Origin: Candidatus Altiarchaeales archaeon ex4484_96
Lineage (GTDB): Archaea; Altiarchaeota; Altiarchaeia; IMC4; QMZM01
DNA: 64,000 bases
NCBI GenBank assembly: GCA_002254405.1
Contig: NJDH01000003.1
Location: 5,080-69,079, forward strand
Reading direction: 5' to 3'
Of the stretch, positions 47,347 to 57,197 are shown in pieces; positions within the stretch are counted from its first letter, which is position 1, and each line of letters begins with the position of its first letter. Below the pieces are notes generated by a model, which saw nothing but the letters and a program-made list of their open reading frames with translations, did no database searches and was not told where the DNA came from. The position numbers were made by a program, and so were the translations under genes.

Positions 47347-48637
47347 GAAAATATTCGGCACCTCAGGGGTCAGAAGACTGGTTGAAGACATGCCTAAAGC
47401 GTTTATATTATCCCTGGCTGCAGCTCTGGCAGCAGCATCAAAAGACGAGTTTATTGCAGTGGGAGCTGACCCGAGGAAAAGCTCCCCTGAAATAAAACAA
47501 AGCTTTATTTTAGGCCTTATAAACTGCGGTAAAAAAGTCGTTGATTTAGGTATGGTGCCCACCCCGACCACGGCGATGGCCTCAGAGCAGTACGGCACAT
47601 CGGTGATGATAACAGCATCACATAATCCACCCGAATATAATGGATTTAAGTTCTGGGCTGAGGGCAGAGCATTCACACCAGAACAAGAGAAGCATATTGA
47701 GAGACTGTTTTTTTCAGGGAAAACCAACGAAGCTGAGATTAAAGACACGAAGACAATTAAAGTCGATTATTTGCCTAAACACGAAAGCAGGATACTTAAA
47801 GCCTTAGGCGGGGTTGATATGAAAGTGGATATCCTGGTTGACTGCGCTAACGGCGCCGGCTGCGTTATCACCCCACGGCTTCTTGAGAAGATGGGATGTT
47901 CGGTCACAGGCATAAACACGCGAACAGATGGGGTTTTCGCTCACGGGCTTGAGCCCACCCGAGAAAACCTAGCTGAAGTGTGCGATATGGTTAGGGAAGC
48001 AGGAGTTGATGTCGCGGTAGCGCATGACGGGGACGCCGACCGCACCGCAGCAATAGACGCAGATGGTAAACTGGTTGACTGGGATTCTTTTCTTTCGGTG
48101 TTGGCTTACGGTAAAGATAAGGTTGTTACAACAGTAGATGCCTCCATGAGGATAGAAGAAGTCTGCGGGCAGGTTATCCGTACCCCAGTGGGCGATGTTC
48201 ACGTGGCTAATGCGGTTGAGAAATATAAAGCGGATTTTGGGGGGGAACCCTCTGGCTCATTTATTTATCCAAGCGTGCATTTATTCCCTGACGGGGTTTA
48301 TACGGCCGCGTTAACAGCCAAGATGGTTTCAGAAAACAGGTTCTATGAGATACTTGACTTGATAAAAGAGTATCCTACCTCAAGGCTTAAGCTGCCGTGC
48401 GCCGAATCAGACAAAAAAAGGATAATGGATTTGGTCTCGCATAAAGCCTCTAAACTGGATTATGAGCTTAACACCATAGACGGAGTCAGGTTATCAAGTG
48501 ATGAAGGCTGGTTTCTTATCCGCCCCTCTGGAACCGAATCCTTTATCAGAATAACAGCAGAAGCTCAAACAAAAAAACAGCTTAACTCTTTGTTAAAGGT
48601 GGGCAGGGAGCTGGTTGAGATGTCCAGCACACGTTAG
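47321..48637 (+). CDS. Phosphohexomutase (GlmM/ManB family: phosphoglucosamine or phosphomannomutase)
   Basis: Active-site phosphoserine loop TASHNPPEYNGFKF and metal-binding DGDADR. 438 aa. Confidence 0.85.
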   Translation: MSRNSKMDEKIFGTSGVRRLVEDMPKAFILSLAAALAAASKDEFIAVGADPRKSSPEIKQSFILGLINCGKKVVDLGMVPTPTTAMASEQYGTSVMITASHNPPEYNGFKFWAEGRAFTPEQEKHIERLFFSGKTNEAEIKDTKTIKVDYLPKHESRILKALGGVDMKVDILVDCANGAGCVITPRLLEKMGCSVTGINTRTDGVFAHGLEPTRENLAEVCDMVREAGVDVAVAHDGDADRTAAIDADGKLVDWDSFLSVLAYGKDKVVTTVDASMRIEEVCGQVIRTPVGDVHVANAVEKYKADFGGEPSGSFIYPSVHLFPDGVYTAALTAKMVSENRFYEILDLIKEYPTSRLKLPCAESDKKRIMDLVSHKASKLDYELNTIDGVRLSSDEGWFLIRPSGTESFIRITAEAQTKKQLNSLLKVGRELVEMSSTR

Positions 48638-49062
48638 ATATCGCAAAGTATCTGGCTAATCCATAAACCATCCTTTTTTTTGACAAAAAAATCATGTAAT
48701 GTGACTGCCTTAATCCCTGATTTCAGTGTGTGTTTATCCGGGTTGATTTTCTCCCCAAAAGCCTTCACTTTAAGGTAGTATTTTTTTTTCTTATCGAGTG
48801 TTATCTGGTATTCGCTGTAAAGCATTTTTTTTGTCTCGAAAAGATAAATTAGCTCCGAGAGAAAATCATGAAGGAGCATGTCTAGATCAAAGCATTCGAA
48901 TTCTAATACAGTGGATGTTTTTTTCCCTATGGAATCAAGGTCCGCTATGCTGTGCGTTAATGCTTTAGCTGAGTTGATAAAGCATTCATCAAGCGTTTTA
49001 CCGTAAGCCCGGTATTTGAGGTCAGCGCTGTGTTTTAGAAACCTGAATTCTTTCAATTTCAC
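48634..49062 (-). CDS. Archease (the RtcB activator)
   Basis: 142 aa. The FRFLKHSADLKYRAYGKTLDECFINSAKAL start matches the archease family (FEFLEHTADIKF..). Confidence 0.8.
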   Translation of the reverse strand: MKLKEFRFLKHSADLKYRAYGKTLDECFINSAKALTHSIADLDSIGKKTSTVLEFECFDLDMLLHDFLSELIYLFETKKMLYSEYQITLDKKKKYYLKVKAFGEKINPDKHTLKSGIKAVTLHDFFVKKKDGLWISQILCDI

Positions 49063-49232
49063 TTATCTACTACATCCAGTTTCTCTGCTTTGATGTCGGC
49101 GATACAGCCTTTTGGTTCGGCAAGTATCTTATCGCATACAAGGCACCTGATGACGGTAGAAGCTCTCTCAAATATAACCTGCTCGTTTCCGCAGTCGGTG
49201 CATTTAATCCTTAGAAACCTGCTTTCGCTCAT
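49059..49232 (-). CDS. rps27e: Ribosomal protein S27e (57 aa). It is absent from the supplied ORF track, being under 60 aa
   Basis: The manual reverse-strand translation is MSESRFLRIKCTDCGNEQVIFERASTVIRCLVCDKILAEPKGCIADIKAEKLDVVDK. This is a C4 zinc ribbon typical of eS27. The TGA stop overlaps the archease ATG (ATGA). Confidence 0.75.
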   Translation of the reverse strand: MSESRFLRIKCTDCGNEQVIFERASTVIRCLVCDKILAEPKGCIADIKAEKLDVVDK

Positions 49233-49510
49233 AGTATCTCAGTCCTCTTCCTGCTTCTGGACCTGTAGTTTTTCTGGTGTTTTTTGCCGCAGTTTTTGCA
49301 CTTAAGTACTGCAACAGTTCTTTTACCTATCTTGTATACGTCTTTTTTGGGTGTTCGGGGGGAGCCCTTGTATCCCTTCTTGACCTGCTCGTATTTTCTC
49401 CTGCCCTCTTTCATACCTGTTTCCTTTCCTTTCTTGTTAAGCGACACATCATGCTGTGTGTGTTTTTTACAGCTTGGGCAGTATGCGCTCATAATTTTGG
49501 GTAGTTTCAT
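49229..49510 (-). CDS. rpl44e: Ribosomal protein L44e (eL42)
   Basis: MKLPKIMSAYCPSCKKHTQHDV...CKNCGKKH zinc ribbon with a Lys/Arg-rich tail. The L44e-S27e gene pair is conserved in archaea. Confidence 0.8.
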   Translation of the reverse strand: MKLPKIMSAYCPSCKKHTQHDVSLNKKGKETGMKEGRRKYEQVKKGYKGSPRTPKKDVYKIGKRTVAVLKCKNCGKKHQKNYRSRSRKRTEIL

Positions 49511-49559
49511 CTTGGAGATAATATTAATGTATTATACCAATAAAAGTTATTTAAGCTAT

Positions 49560-50612
49560 TCAAACCCTTTTTTTATCCTCCTGGGTTAATTTAGAGACAT
49601 TAACTCCCAGATAAAAGGCAGCTATGACCCCGATAATCGAGGGTATCAGATAAATAAAGACCCGGTTCATCAGGGTGCCCATCGTCGCGTATTCTCTGCT
49701 GATAATCACACCAGTGTAGGGTGATATGATACTAAATAACTCCACAGAGGTCCACTCCCATATACCGAGTGCCCCGGGCAGAAGAGGCAGAAACGAAACC
49801 GTTGAGACCATGGTTTCCACCACGACAATGGTAGGTAATGCGATGCTGATTCCAAGCGCCATAAAGGATACGTAAAGCCTTAGCACACGAAGTATCCATA
49901 CAAGCATCGAGATGAATATCCCCTGGCTGATAATCCATTTATCAAGGAGCTGCAGTTTCATGGCTTCATCGAATCTATTTGTTATCTCATCGAAGTTGTC
50001 TTCTATTTTATCGCTGTATCTTTTGAAAAAAGGCATTATTGATATTATTTTGGTTAATAGCCTAAGCAGGGTGCTTGAATAGGTTTTATGGTATGTTATG
50101 CCGATGACGGCGGCAAATAAGACACCCAAAATCAAAGCCATTAATAGCAGCAAAAACGATACTGCGGCAGGCACACCGCTTGAGAGGACTATGCCAATCG
50201 ATAATAGTATCATGATAAAAATCGGAAGAATCTCCAGGGCAAGATCCACGATAACGGATGAGGCAGCCGTAGGCATGCTGATTTCATCCGTCTTATAGAG
50301 GAGATAAGCCCTTATTGGCTCTCCGCCTGCTAATCCCACGGGTGTTATGTTGTTAACCAGGTAGCCTATGAATGTTGATGGGATGATGTTTTTCATGCTG
50401 ACCTTCGAGTATCTTAAAACCACCCGCCATTTAAGGGCAGCAAGTACCATGATAGCAACCTGGATGGTTAAAAGCCCGCTTAGATAAAAGATTAGCTCTC
50501 CTCTGGGCATTTCAGCTAGCTTATCCTGGATTTTTGTGAGGTCAAGTGTCTGGAAAAGCGCGATTATCAGTATAATCCCGACCAAGAAAAAAACCATAGT
50601 CCGCCGCTTCAT
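49560..50612 (-). CDS. UPF0104/LPG-synthase-TM-like (flippase-like) membrane protein
   Basis: 8-TM, 350-aa protein with KWRVVLRY...GYLVNNITPVGLAGGEPIRAYLL matching the family motif. It is divergent from a GT2 gene. Confidence 0.55.
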   Translation of the reverse strand: MKRRTMVFFLVGIILIIALFQTLDLTKIQDKLAEMPRGELIFYLSGLLTIQVAIMVLAALKWRVVLRYSKVSMKNIIPSTFIGYLVNNITPVGLAGGEPIRAYLLYKTDEISMPTAASSVIVDLALEILPIFIMILLSIGIVLSSGVPAAVSFLLLLMALILGVLFAAVIGITYHKTYSSTLLRLLTKIISIMPFFKRYSDKIEDNFDEITNRFDEAMKLQLLDKWIISQGIFISMLVWILRVLRLYVSFMALGISIALPTIVVVETMVSTVSFLPLLPGALGIWEWTSVELFSIISPYTGVIISREYATMGTLMNRVFIYLIPSIIGVIAAFYLGVNVSKLTQEDKKRV

Positions 50613-50659
50613 TTTACATATATTTATATCGCCTAGTAGAATAACTTTATACTTTCAAA

Positions 50660-51370
50660 ATGAAGGTATCAGTTATCATTCCCGCATACAACGAGGAAAA
50701 AGACATAGGTAAATGCCTTAAATCAATTAAGGAAAACAAGTATAAAAATTTTGATGTAATAGTCGTAGACGCGGGCTCAACCGACAAGACGATTGAGATT
50801 GCGAAAGAATACACGGATAGGGTTTTAAGCGTTCATACCTCAGCCCCGGGGCCTGCAAGAAACATTGGTGTTAAGGAATCTGATGCTGAGGTAGTGGCCT
50901 TCACGGATGCTGATACTGTGGTTGCAGCTAATTGGGTGGCAGAGATGGCCGCTAAATTCACAGACCCTGATGTCGTGGGGGTCGGGGGTGTTCTTAGGCC
51001 GCTTGAACCGCGTTTGCTGGATAAGATTATGTTTAAGATTAACTCCGATTTATGGTATCGTTTCACCGCAATCTTTGGTTTTTTCCAGCTTGGAACACCA
51101 AACTGCGCCTACAGGCGGGATGCTTTCCTTGAGGTGGGGGGATTTGATGAGACCATGAGCATGCTTGAGGATACCGAGCTCTCTCTTAGAATGGGTCGCG
51201 AAAAAAGGGGCAAAATAATCATAGATAAGAGTTTAATTGCCTATAACTCGGCGAGGCGCTTTAAGCAGGAAGGCTATCTGCGGGTGTTTTTGCGCTATCT
51301 TAAGGCTTACTTTAATATGTTCACGAAAAGAGGGGTTAAATCAGAGCACTTTGATGTGATAGACCACTAG
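50660..51370 (+). CDS. Family 2 glycosyltransferase
   Basis: VSVIIPAYNEE, VVDAGSTD and FTDADTVV (DxD) motifs. Confidence 0.8.
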   Translation: MKVSVIIPAYNEEKDIGKCLKSIKENKYKNFDVIVVDAGSTDKTIEIAKEYTDRVLSVHTSAPGPARNIGVKESDAEVVAFTDADTVVAANWVAEMAAKFTDPDVVGVGGVLRPLEPRLLDKIMFKINSDLWYRFTAIFGFFQLGTPNCAYRRDAFLEVGGFDETMSMLEDTELSLRMGREKRGKIIIDKSLIAYNSARRFKQEGYLRVFLRYLKAYFNMFTKRGVKSEHFDVIDH

Positions 51371-52659
51371 CTTTCCCCGTTGTTTTCGTTTGCCGCCAGA
51401 ACATCAGCTACAGGCTCGAATAAAAAGTATTTTTCCACATATTTTTTCATCTCATCATCCGATATAGATGAGCGCCTGCCTTCTTTGTCGTATAGCTTGT
51501 GTATTTTGTTGTGTATTTTTATTATTCTAGGGTCTCTTTTGTCGACCTTGACTTTGACGTCTATCAGGGCTTCGACTATCTCTTCGACCTTGTTTCTGAT
51601 TACCTCAGCCCCTGATGTGTCTCCGACCACAAGCCTTCTTTCTCCGCCAACAAGCTTGGGGGGAAACGGCTCGTAGGTGAAAGGGTTTTTTATGACGCCT
51701 GCGGTGTGGATTCCTGATTCGTGCGCGAAGATGTTTCTGCCGACAACAGCCTTGTTTCTGGGAACAAAGAAACGTGTCTCTTTTTCCATGTATCTTGCGA
51801 ATTCCACAAGCTTTTCGGCGTTGTATCTCTCAAAGCCTTCAACCCTCCATATGAGGAAAAGCAGTATTTTCTCAAGCTCTGCGTTGCCTGCTCGCTCACC
51901 TATCCCAAGGAAGGTGACATTAGACCAGTTTGCTCCGTGAATATATCCGGCAAGTGAGTTGGCTATCGCTAGACCAAAATCATCATGCATGTGGGTTTCG
52001 ATATCTCTAACTCCCGCTTCCTTCATTACCTCTATCATCTTTGGTATGCTATAAGGTAGCGGGCTGTTTTCGTAGGGCAGCCCTAAACCCAGGGTATCGC
52101 ATAACCTTATTATCGTATCCGGAGCTATCTCGATTATCTTTTTTGTGAACTCCGAAACAAAAGAGAAATCGGCGCGTGTTATGTCCTCCATGTGGCATCT
52201 GACCTTCAGTCCATGGTCTTTCGCATACTCGAGGGCGTTGAGGTATTTTTCGGTTGCCTTATCCCTGCTTTTAAGCCCTAGTTTATCGTAGATATGCGTA
52301 TCCGAGATGGACATGAGTATGCCTGTTTCCTTGATGCCGTCCATCTCAAGAATCAAATCGATGTCTTTTGGGTTTGCTCTCGCCCACCCGGTTACCTCAG
52401 GTTTATCATATCCCAGCTTGAGCATGTCTTTGGCTACTTTCTTGTCTCGTTCGTTGAACAGGAAGCATTCCAGCTTTTCTATTCCGATGTCGTGCAGGTA
52501 TTCGTATATTTTAAGCTTGTGTTTTCTTGTCAGAACAACCCCGGTCATCTGGGCGCCGTCTCTTAGTGTGCTGTCGCTTATTTTAATCTCCCCTGCATTG
52601 GGCAGCCCTATCTTTGGCATTTCATCATAACTACGATACATTTTCTGAAGAAATCTCAT
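51367..52659 (-). CDS. DRE-TIM metallolyase of the 2-isopropylmalate / homocitrate / citramalate synthase family
   Basis: ISDSTLRDGAQM, HMHDDFGLAIANSLAG and GIGERAGNAELE motifs. 430 aa. Which of the three synthases it is cannot be told from sequence alone. Confidence 0.8.
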   Translation of the reverse strand: MRFLQKMYRSYDEMPKIGLPNAGEIKISDSTLRDGAQMTGVVLTRKHKLKIYEYLHDIGIEKLECFLFNERDKKVAKDMLKLGYDKPEVTGWARANPKDIDLILEMDGIKETGILMSISDTHIYDKLGLKSRDKATEKYLNALEYAKDHGLKVRCHMEDITRADFSFVSEFTKKIIEIAPDTIIRLCDTLGLGLPYENSPLPYSIPKMIEVMKEAGVRDIETHMHDDFGLAIANSLAGYIHGANWSNVTFLGIGERAGNAELEKILLFLIWRVEGFERYNAEKLVEFARYMEKETRFFVPRNKAVVGRNIFAHESGIHTAGVIKNPFTYEPFPPKLVGGERRLVVGDTSGAEVIRNKVEEIVEALIDVKVKVDKRDPRIIKIHNKIHKLYDKEGRRSSISDDEMKKYVEKYFLFEPVADVLAANENNGES

Positions 52660-52705
52660 ATATTTAGGCTGTCAGTATAAGATATTACATTAAATCTTTA
52701 ATAAA

Positions 52706-53590
52706 TCAAAGGGCTTTAATCTTCCTGCCCTCTATGACCTGTATAATCGAATCAAAAAGCGGCTTATCCGATGTAACAGAATAAAAATCAACGCCAGCAT
52801 CCTTGCATATTTCCTGGAGGCTGAATATGTGGTTTCTGATTTTTTTCAGGTAGTCTTTTTTAAATCCCGGGCTCAGATAGGTTCGCTCATATTCGCTGCT
52901 TTCCATATCCTCAAAATTCACGTCCTCCCGGTAGCTTAGATTAATCTCGCCCGGGTCAAGCACCTGAATCAAAATAGCCTCCTTGGAGTATTTAGCTATC
53001 TGGAAGACAGCGTGCTCAAGCGACTCAATGGGTTCGATGAAATCAGATAATACTATGACAAAAGAGCGGTGTTTTATCATCTTCGTGTATTCCTCAACAG
53101 ACCTTTTAAGGTCGGTTTCTCCCTCCTGGCTTGACCTGTCGATTAACTCAATAAGCCTGAAAAAGTGTGTCTTGCTTTTCTTGGGCTGTATTATCTCGTT
53201 TATGCCGTTAGAAAATAAAGCTGAACCGAATTTCTCATATTTTCTCACTGAAAGAAAAGCGAAACCGGCTGCCAGATTAGCTGCGTAGTTGAATTTCCTC
53301 AATCCGCCTAATGCGAAGTCCATGCTGGAGCTGGAATCCAAAAGTATGTGGGTTATGAGATCTTTTTCTTCCTCGAATCTGCGGATATAAAGTCTTTCAG
53401 TCCGCCCGTATAAACGCCAGTCTATGGCTTTAAAGTCGTCTCCGGGATAGTATTGCCTGTGGTCTGATATCTCGATGCCTTTACCGGTCTGAATGGAGCG
53501 CTTACTGCCCACGTTTATGTTAGAAACTCTTTTTCTTGCTATCAGTTCCAGGTTACCCAGCTGGTTTAGGAACTCGGGGTCGACAACCAC
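52706..53590 (-). CDS. DUF58-family protein (vWA-like, MoxR partner)
   Basis: GxxIEISDHRQYYPGDDFKAIDWRLYGRTERLYIRRFEEE is the DUF58 signature. The start abuts the MoxR stop. Confidence 0.8.
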   Translation of the reverse strand: MVVDPEFLNQLGNLELIARKRVSNINVGSKRSIQTGKGIEISDHRQYYPGDDFKAIDWRLYGRTERLYIRRFEEEKDLITHILLDSSSSMDFALGGLRKFNYAANLAAGFAFLSVRKYEKFGSALFSNGINEIIQPKKSKTHFFRLIELIDRSSQEGETDLKRSVEEYTKMIKHRSFVIVLSDFIEPIESLEHAVFQIAKYSKEAILIQVLDPGEINLSYREDVNFEDMESSEYERTYLSPGFKKDYLKKIRNHIFSLQEICKDAGVDFYSVTSDKPLFDSIIQVIEGRKIKAL

Positions 53591-54621
53591 TAACCCACCT
53601 CTTTGAGTATTTTGTCTATCACATCATCGGTGGATACGCCTTTTCTCTCGGATTCGAAGTTTAGTATAATCCTGTGCCGCAACACCGGGTAAGCCATTTT
53701 TTCTATATCCTCTTTGCTGACATAGTTTCTACCCCTCACCAGCGCCCTGGCCTTGGAGGCTAAAACCAATCCAATGGATGCCCTAGGAGACGCTCCGTAG
53801 TCCAGGTATTCGCGGGCGACTCCATCATCTACCGGGCGTGTTCTGGTTACTATATCCAAAACAATATCCTTGTTTTCCTGGGATATGGGCACCTTGCGGG
53901 TCAGGTTTTGGATGTTCAGAAACTCGTCCCTGTGTATGAGCTGCTTCACATCCACCTTTTTATCTCCCGTGAACAAGTCTATTATCCTGCCTTCATCATG
54001 TTTCTCAGGATAGCTTATAACAATCTTCAGAAGGAATCGGTCCAGCTGAGCCTCGGGCAGGGGATAAGTGCCTTCCATTTCAATAGGGTTCTGGGTTGCG
54101 AGAACAAAAAAAGGCGAATCCAGTTTATGGGTTTTATTCCCTGATGAAACCTGTCTCTCCTGCATAGCCTCAAGCAGAGCTGACTGGGTTTTTGGGGTTG
54201 CACGGTTTATCTCATCAGCCAATAGGATGTTCGTGAACACCGGGCCTTTCTCGAATTTAAATGTTTTTCTCCCATCGCCTTCCTCCACGATGTAGGTTCC
54301 TGTGATATCTGAGGGCATAAGGTCTGGTGTGCACTGCACTCTTTTGAAGTCTAGATCCAGTATCTGGGACAGTGTGGAAACTGTGAATGTCTTACCCAGT
54401 CCAGGGTATCCCTCCAGCAGAGCGTGGTTTTTGGAGAAAATAGACACCAGTATCTCCTCTATAACATTATCCTGTCCCACTACCACCTTCCCCATCTCCG
54501 ACATAATGGAGTTGTAGATGTCTTTCATCTTGGGGAAGATTATCTCCAGGTCTCGTTCTTTAACCTTTTCCTCTCCTCTTATTACCTCTATTTCTTTCCA
54601 GAGGCTTCCTCCTTTTTTCAT
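53590..54621 (-). CDS. MoxR-family AAA+ ATPase
   Basis: Walker A GYPGLGKT, Walker B LLADEINRA, TQSALLEAMQE sensor region. Confidence 0.9.
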   Translation of the reverse strand: MKKGGSLWKEIEVIRGEEKVKERDLEIIFPKMKDIYNSIMSEMGKVVVGQDNVIEEILVSIFSKNHALLEGYPGLGKTFTVSTLSQILDLDFKRVQCTPDLMPSDITGTYIVEEGDGRKTFKFEKGPVFTNILLADEINRATPKTQSALLEAMQERQVSSGNKTHKLDSPFFVLATQNPIEMEGTYPLPEAQLDRFLLKIVISYPEKHDEGRIIDLFTGDKKVDVKQLIHRDEFLNIQNLTRKVPISQENKDIVLDIVTRTRPVDDGVAREYLDYGASPRASIGLVLASKARALVRGRNYVSKEDIEKMAYPVLRHRIILNFESERKGVSTDDVIDKILKEVG

Positions 54622-54655
54622 TGTTATTTCATATAATCGAATTAGATCTTATTAA

Positions 54656-55606
54656 TTATCTACCCTGCACTTCCTCCTGCATTGCCTCAAAGTATCTTTT
54701 AATAAATTCCTTGTATTTAACCGGTTCCTGCTGGGGCATCCCGGATGCTTCCCCGCTTAAATCCCGCTCGGGTATCTCCCAACCCTCTGCTTGCTCGTTC
54801 ACTTCACGCAGCTCAATGTTTCCGCCGTATTCCGGGTTGAGTTTCATATCAACGTTTCTTCCCTCTATCGAGGCTGTGGTTGGGTCCCCGAATATGTCTT
54901 CATCGGATGCTGTGCCTGCTCCTCCCCCCGCATCCGGTATGTTTCCTTCATCAAATCCCGGGATGACTCCCCCGTGCTGTGAGCCGATATCCTGTCTTTC
55001 CAGATCATCCTCGTATCTGTCATCGGCTGTGAAATCTTTTTTCTCCCCTGTCCCGGAAAGCCCCTCCCTTAAATCAAAACCAGTTGTGTCTCTTATCGAA
55101 TCAAGTAATTTGTTTATCTGCTCGTTGTCCAGCAGTGAGTTCATCAAATTCATATCGAATCCGATGAAGTTTATGCTCAACAGGATGAAAGACAAAAAAA
55201 CAGCCAGCATAGTCTTATAGGCCAGCCTGTTGCTGTCTATTAGAGATGAGACACCTGTTTTTTCCAGTAACTTGGAGACTTCACGGTTAAGCGACCGTAA
55301 AACAACGTTTTTCCCCATCTGTTTTCTGTTGTCGTAGGCTGTCTTGATTTTCTCGCTTAAATCCGGGTTTTTCAGCGATATTTTTTGCACTAGGGCGTTT
55401 TCATTAATCCTGCCTGAGATATAATAAGCGTATATCAGGTATGCGACTGTGGGTACGGCGGCGAACCAGATGTTTGATATGATAAACCTAAGGATTAAAG
55501 CCGAAACCAAAAACACAAGCACGGCATTTATTATATCAACGTATAGGCTTAGTTTATGCTGCTCCTGCTTAATCTCCTTTATTTCACCGATAAGCTTGGC
55601 TTTCAT
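54656..55606 (-). CDS. Membrane protein with an acidic/Gly-rich C-terminal region, in the MoxR-DUF58 operon
   Basis: Three TM segments and a low-complexity D/E/G-rich tail. No recognizable motif. Confidence 0.35.
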   Translation of the reverse strand: MKAKLIGEIKEIKQEQHKLSLYVDIINAVLVFLVSALILRFIISNIWFAAVPTVAYLIYAYYISGRINENALVQKISLKNPDLSEKIKTAYDNRKQMGKNVVLRSLNREVSKLLEKTGVSSLIDSNRLAYKTMLAVFLSFILLSINFIGFDMNLMNSLLDNEQINKLLDSIRDTTGFDLREGLSGTGEKKDFTADDRYEDDLERQDIGSQHGGVIPGFDEGNIPDAGGGAGTASDEDIFGDPTTASIEGRNVDMKLNPEYGGNIELREVNEQAEGWEIPERDLSGEASGMPQQEPVKYKEFIKRYFEAMQEEVQGR

Positions 55607-55631
55607 ATTGATTCTTTTTTTATTACCTGGA

Positions 55632-56348
55632 TTAAATATCCTCTATCTTGGCGTTTATTGAGCGTATTAAGTCAAGCAGGTTGTTGCTTGAATCCAGCTT
55701 GTTTGATAAATCATTGACGCCCCCGTCAACCCTGTTCACATCACTTTTGCTTACATTTTTGTTCTTATCAAGGTCATCTTTTATATCCTCTAGCTCAGGG
55801 CTTATGTCGTCGTCTATTATTTTATCCATCTCGTCCAGGTTCATGCTCAGACTGTGGATTATAGAGCTCATGTTCCCTGCTTTGCCTTTGGCTATTGACA
55901 GCCTATCTGACACATCAGCTAATTCATTTTGGATTAATCCCTTGTTTTTCTCGCACACCTCAAGTTCCTTGATTTTCTCATCTAATCCAAGCTTGAAGTT
56001 GTCTCTTGCGCTTTCAGCCTCATCCAGACTGGTTTCCAGCACCTCTTTCTCCCCCCTGAGGTTCTGGTAGTAGTCCCCAAGCGAGGAAACCTTCTGTTTG
56101 GAGATATTCAACTCGTTTATTATTTCAATCAGCTCTTTCTCTTGAGCATCAAGTTCCAGGCTTTTCTTTATCATCTCGTCTTTTGTCTCGTTTAGGCTGT
56201 ATTCTGTTTCCTTGATTTTATCCATGGCCTTCTTATGGCTCACGTCCAGTGACTTGTATGTTTCCTGATAATACAGGGTCAGACCGAGCATGCTGAAAAG
56301 CAAAAAAATCACCAGCCCGAAGAGCACCAGATTCACATCTTTTTTCAT
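55632..56348 (-). CDS. N-terminally anchored coiled-coil protein
   Basis: One N-terminal TM, then a heptad-rich, Glu/Lys/Leu-rich sequence. First gene of the MoxR operon. Confidence 0.35.
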   Translation of the reverse strand: MKKDVNLVLFGLVIFLLFSMLGLTLYYQETYKSLDVSHKKAMDKIKETEYSLNETKDEMIKKSLELDAQEKELIEIINELNISKQKVSSLGDYYQNLRGEKEVLETSLDEAESARDNFKLGLDEKIKELEVCEKNKGLIQNELADVSDRLSIAKGKAGNMSSIIHSLSMNLDEMDKIIDDDISPELEDIKDDLDKNKNVSKSDVNRVDGGVNDLSNKLDSSNNLLDLIRSINAKIEDI

Positions 56349-56384
56349 TGTTTACTTATAGGGTATTTCATATAATTATTTATC

Positions 56385-57197
56385 ATGGCAGTTAAACCCA
56401 AGGTAGCTGATTACATGACCCCTGAGGTGGACTACATAGACTCTGATGTTAGGGTTAGCGATGCTATTGAAACAATTATCTCCTCGACCCATGAGAATTT
56501 CCCGGTGGTTAAAGACGGTGAATTAATTGGTTTTCTAACAGCCAAGCAGCTGCTTAAACACTACGACAAGCAGGATGCGAAAATCGAGACGATACTGAAG
56601 AAAAAAAAGAAGCTGGTTGTCGCAAGGCCGGAGCTTGATTTAGAGGACACCGCCAGGGTAATATTCCGTAACGGATACAAAAAGCTCCCTGTGGTGAATG
56701 GCAATGGCATGCTGGTTGGTATTATCTCCACGCTTGATATACTGCGTTCCCATATCGAGCGGGTGACTCCGGGTAAGGTCAATATGGTGAAAAACCTTCT
56801 TGAAAGCGAGTATGGTGTCAGGGTGAGGTTAGGGAAGAGGCTGGTTCCCGTGAACAAACTACATCCAACGCAAAGGAAAATATACGCGGATGAGCTTGAG
56901 GGCAGGAAATATGAGCTGGAGAAAAAGCTTGCTGAACCTATTATTGTCGTGAAGAGAAAAAACTATTTTGTTCTGGTCGACGGTCATCATCGGGCTGTTG
57001 CGGCATTGAATCTGGGCATGGATGAGTTGATGGCTCATCTATTGGAGATGGAGCCTGAGGTGGAGTTGAGGATGGAAAAAGCAGCGAAAGAAAAAGACCT
57101 TATAACCCTCAACGACATCGAGGTGATGGATTACGCCCAGCATCCCCTGATGGAGATAACCACTAAGCTGGTGGACAAGGATAATAGAAATGCATAA
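56385..57197 (+). CDS. CBS-pair plus ParB/Srx-like domain protein
   Basis: Two CBS motifs (ENFPVVKDGELIGFLT; YKKLPVVNGNGMLVGIIS), then a ParB-like nuclease-fold segment (LHPTQ ... YFVLVDGHHRAVAA). Confidence 0.6.
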   Translation: MAVKPKVADYMTPEVDYIDSDVRVSDAIETIISSTHENFPVVKDGELIGFLTAKQLLKHYDKQDAKIETILKKKKKLVVARPELDLEDTARVIFRNGYKKLPVVNGNGMLVGIISTLDILRSHIERVTPGKVNMVKNLLESEYGVRVRLGKRLVPVNKLHPTQRKIYADELEGRKYELEKKLAEPIIVVKRKNYFVLVDGHHRAVAALNLGMDELMAHLLEMEPEVELRMEKAAKEKDLITLNDIEVMDYAQHPLMEITTKLVDKDNRNA

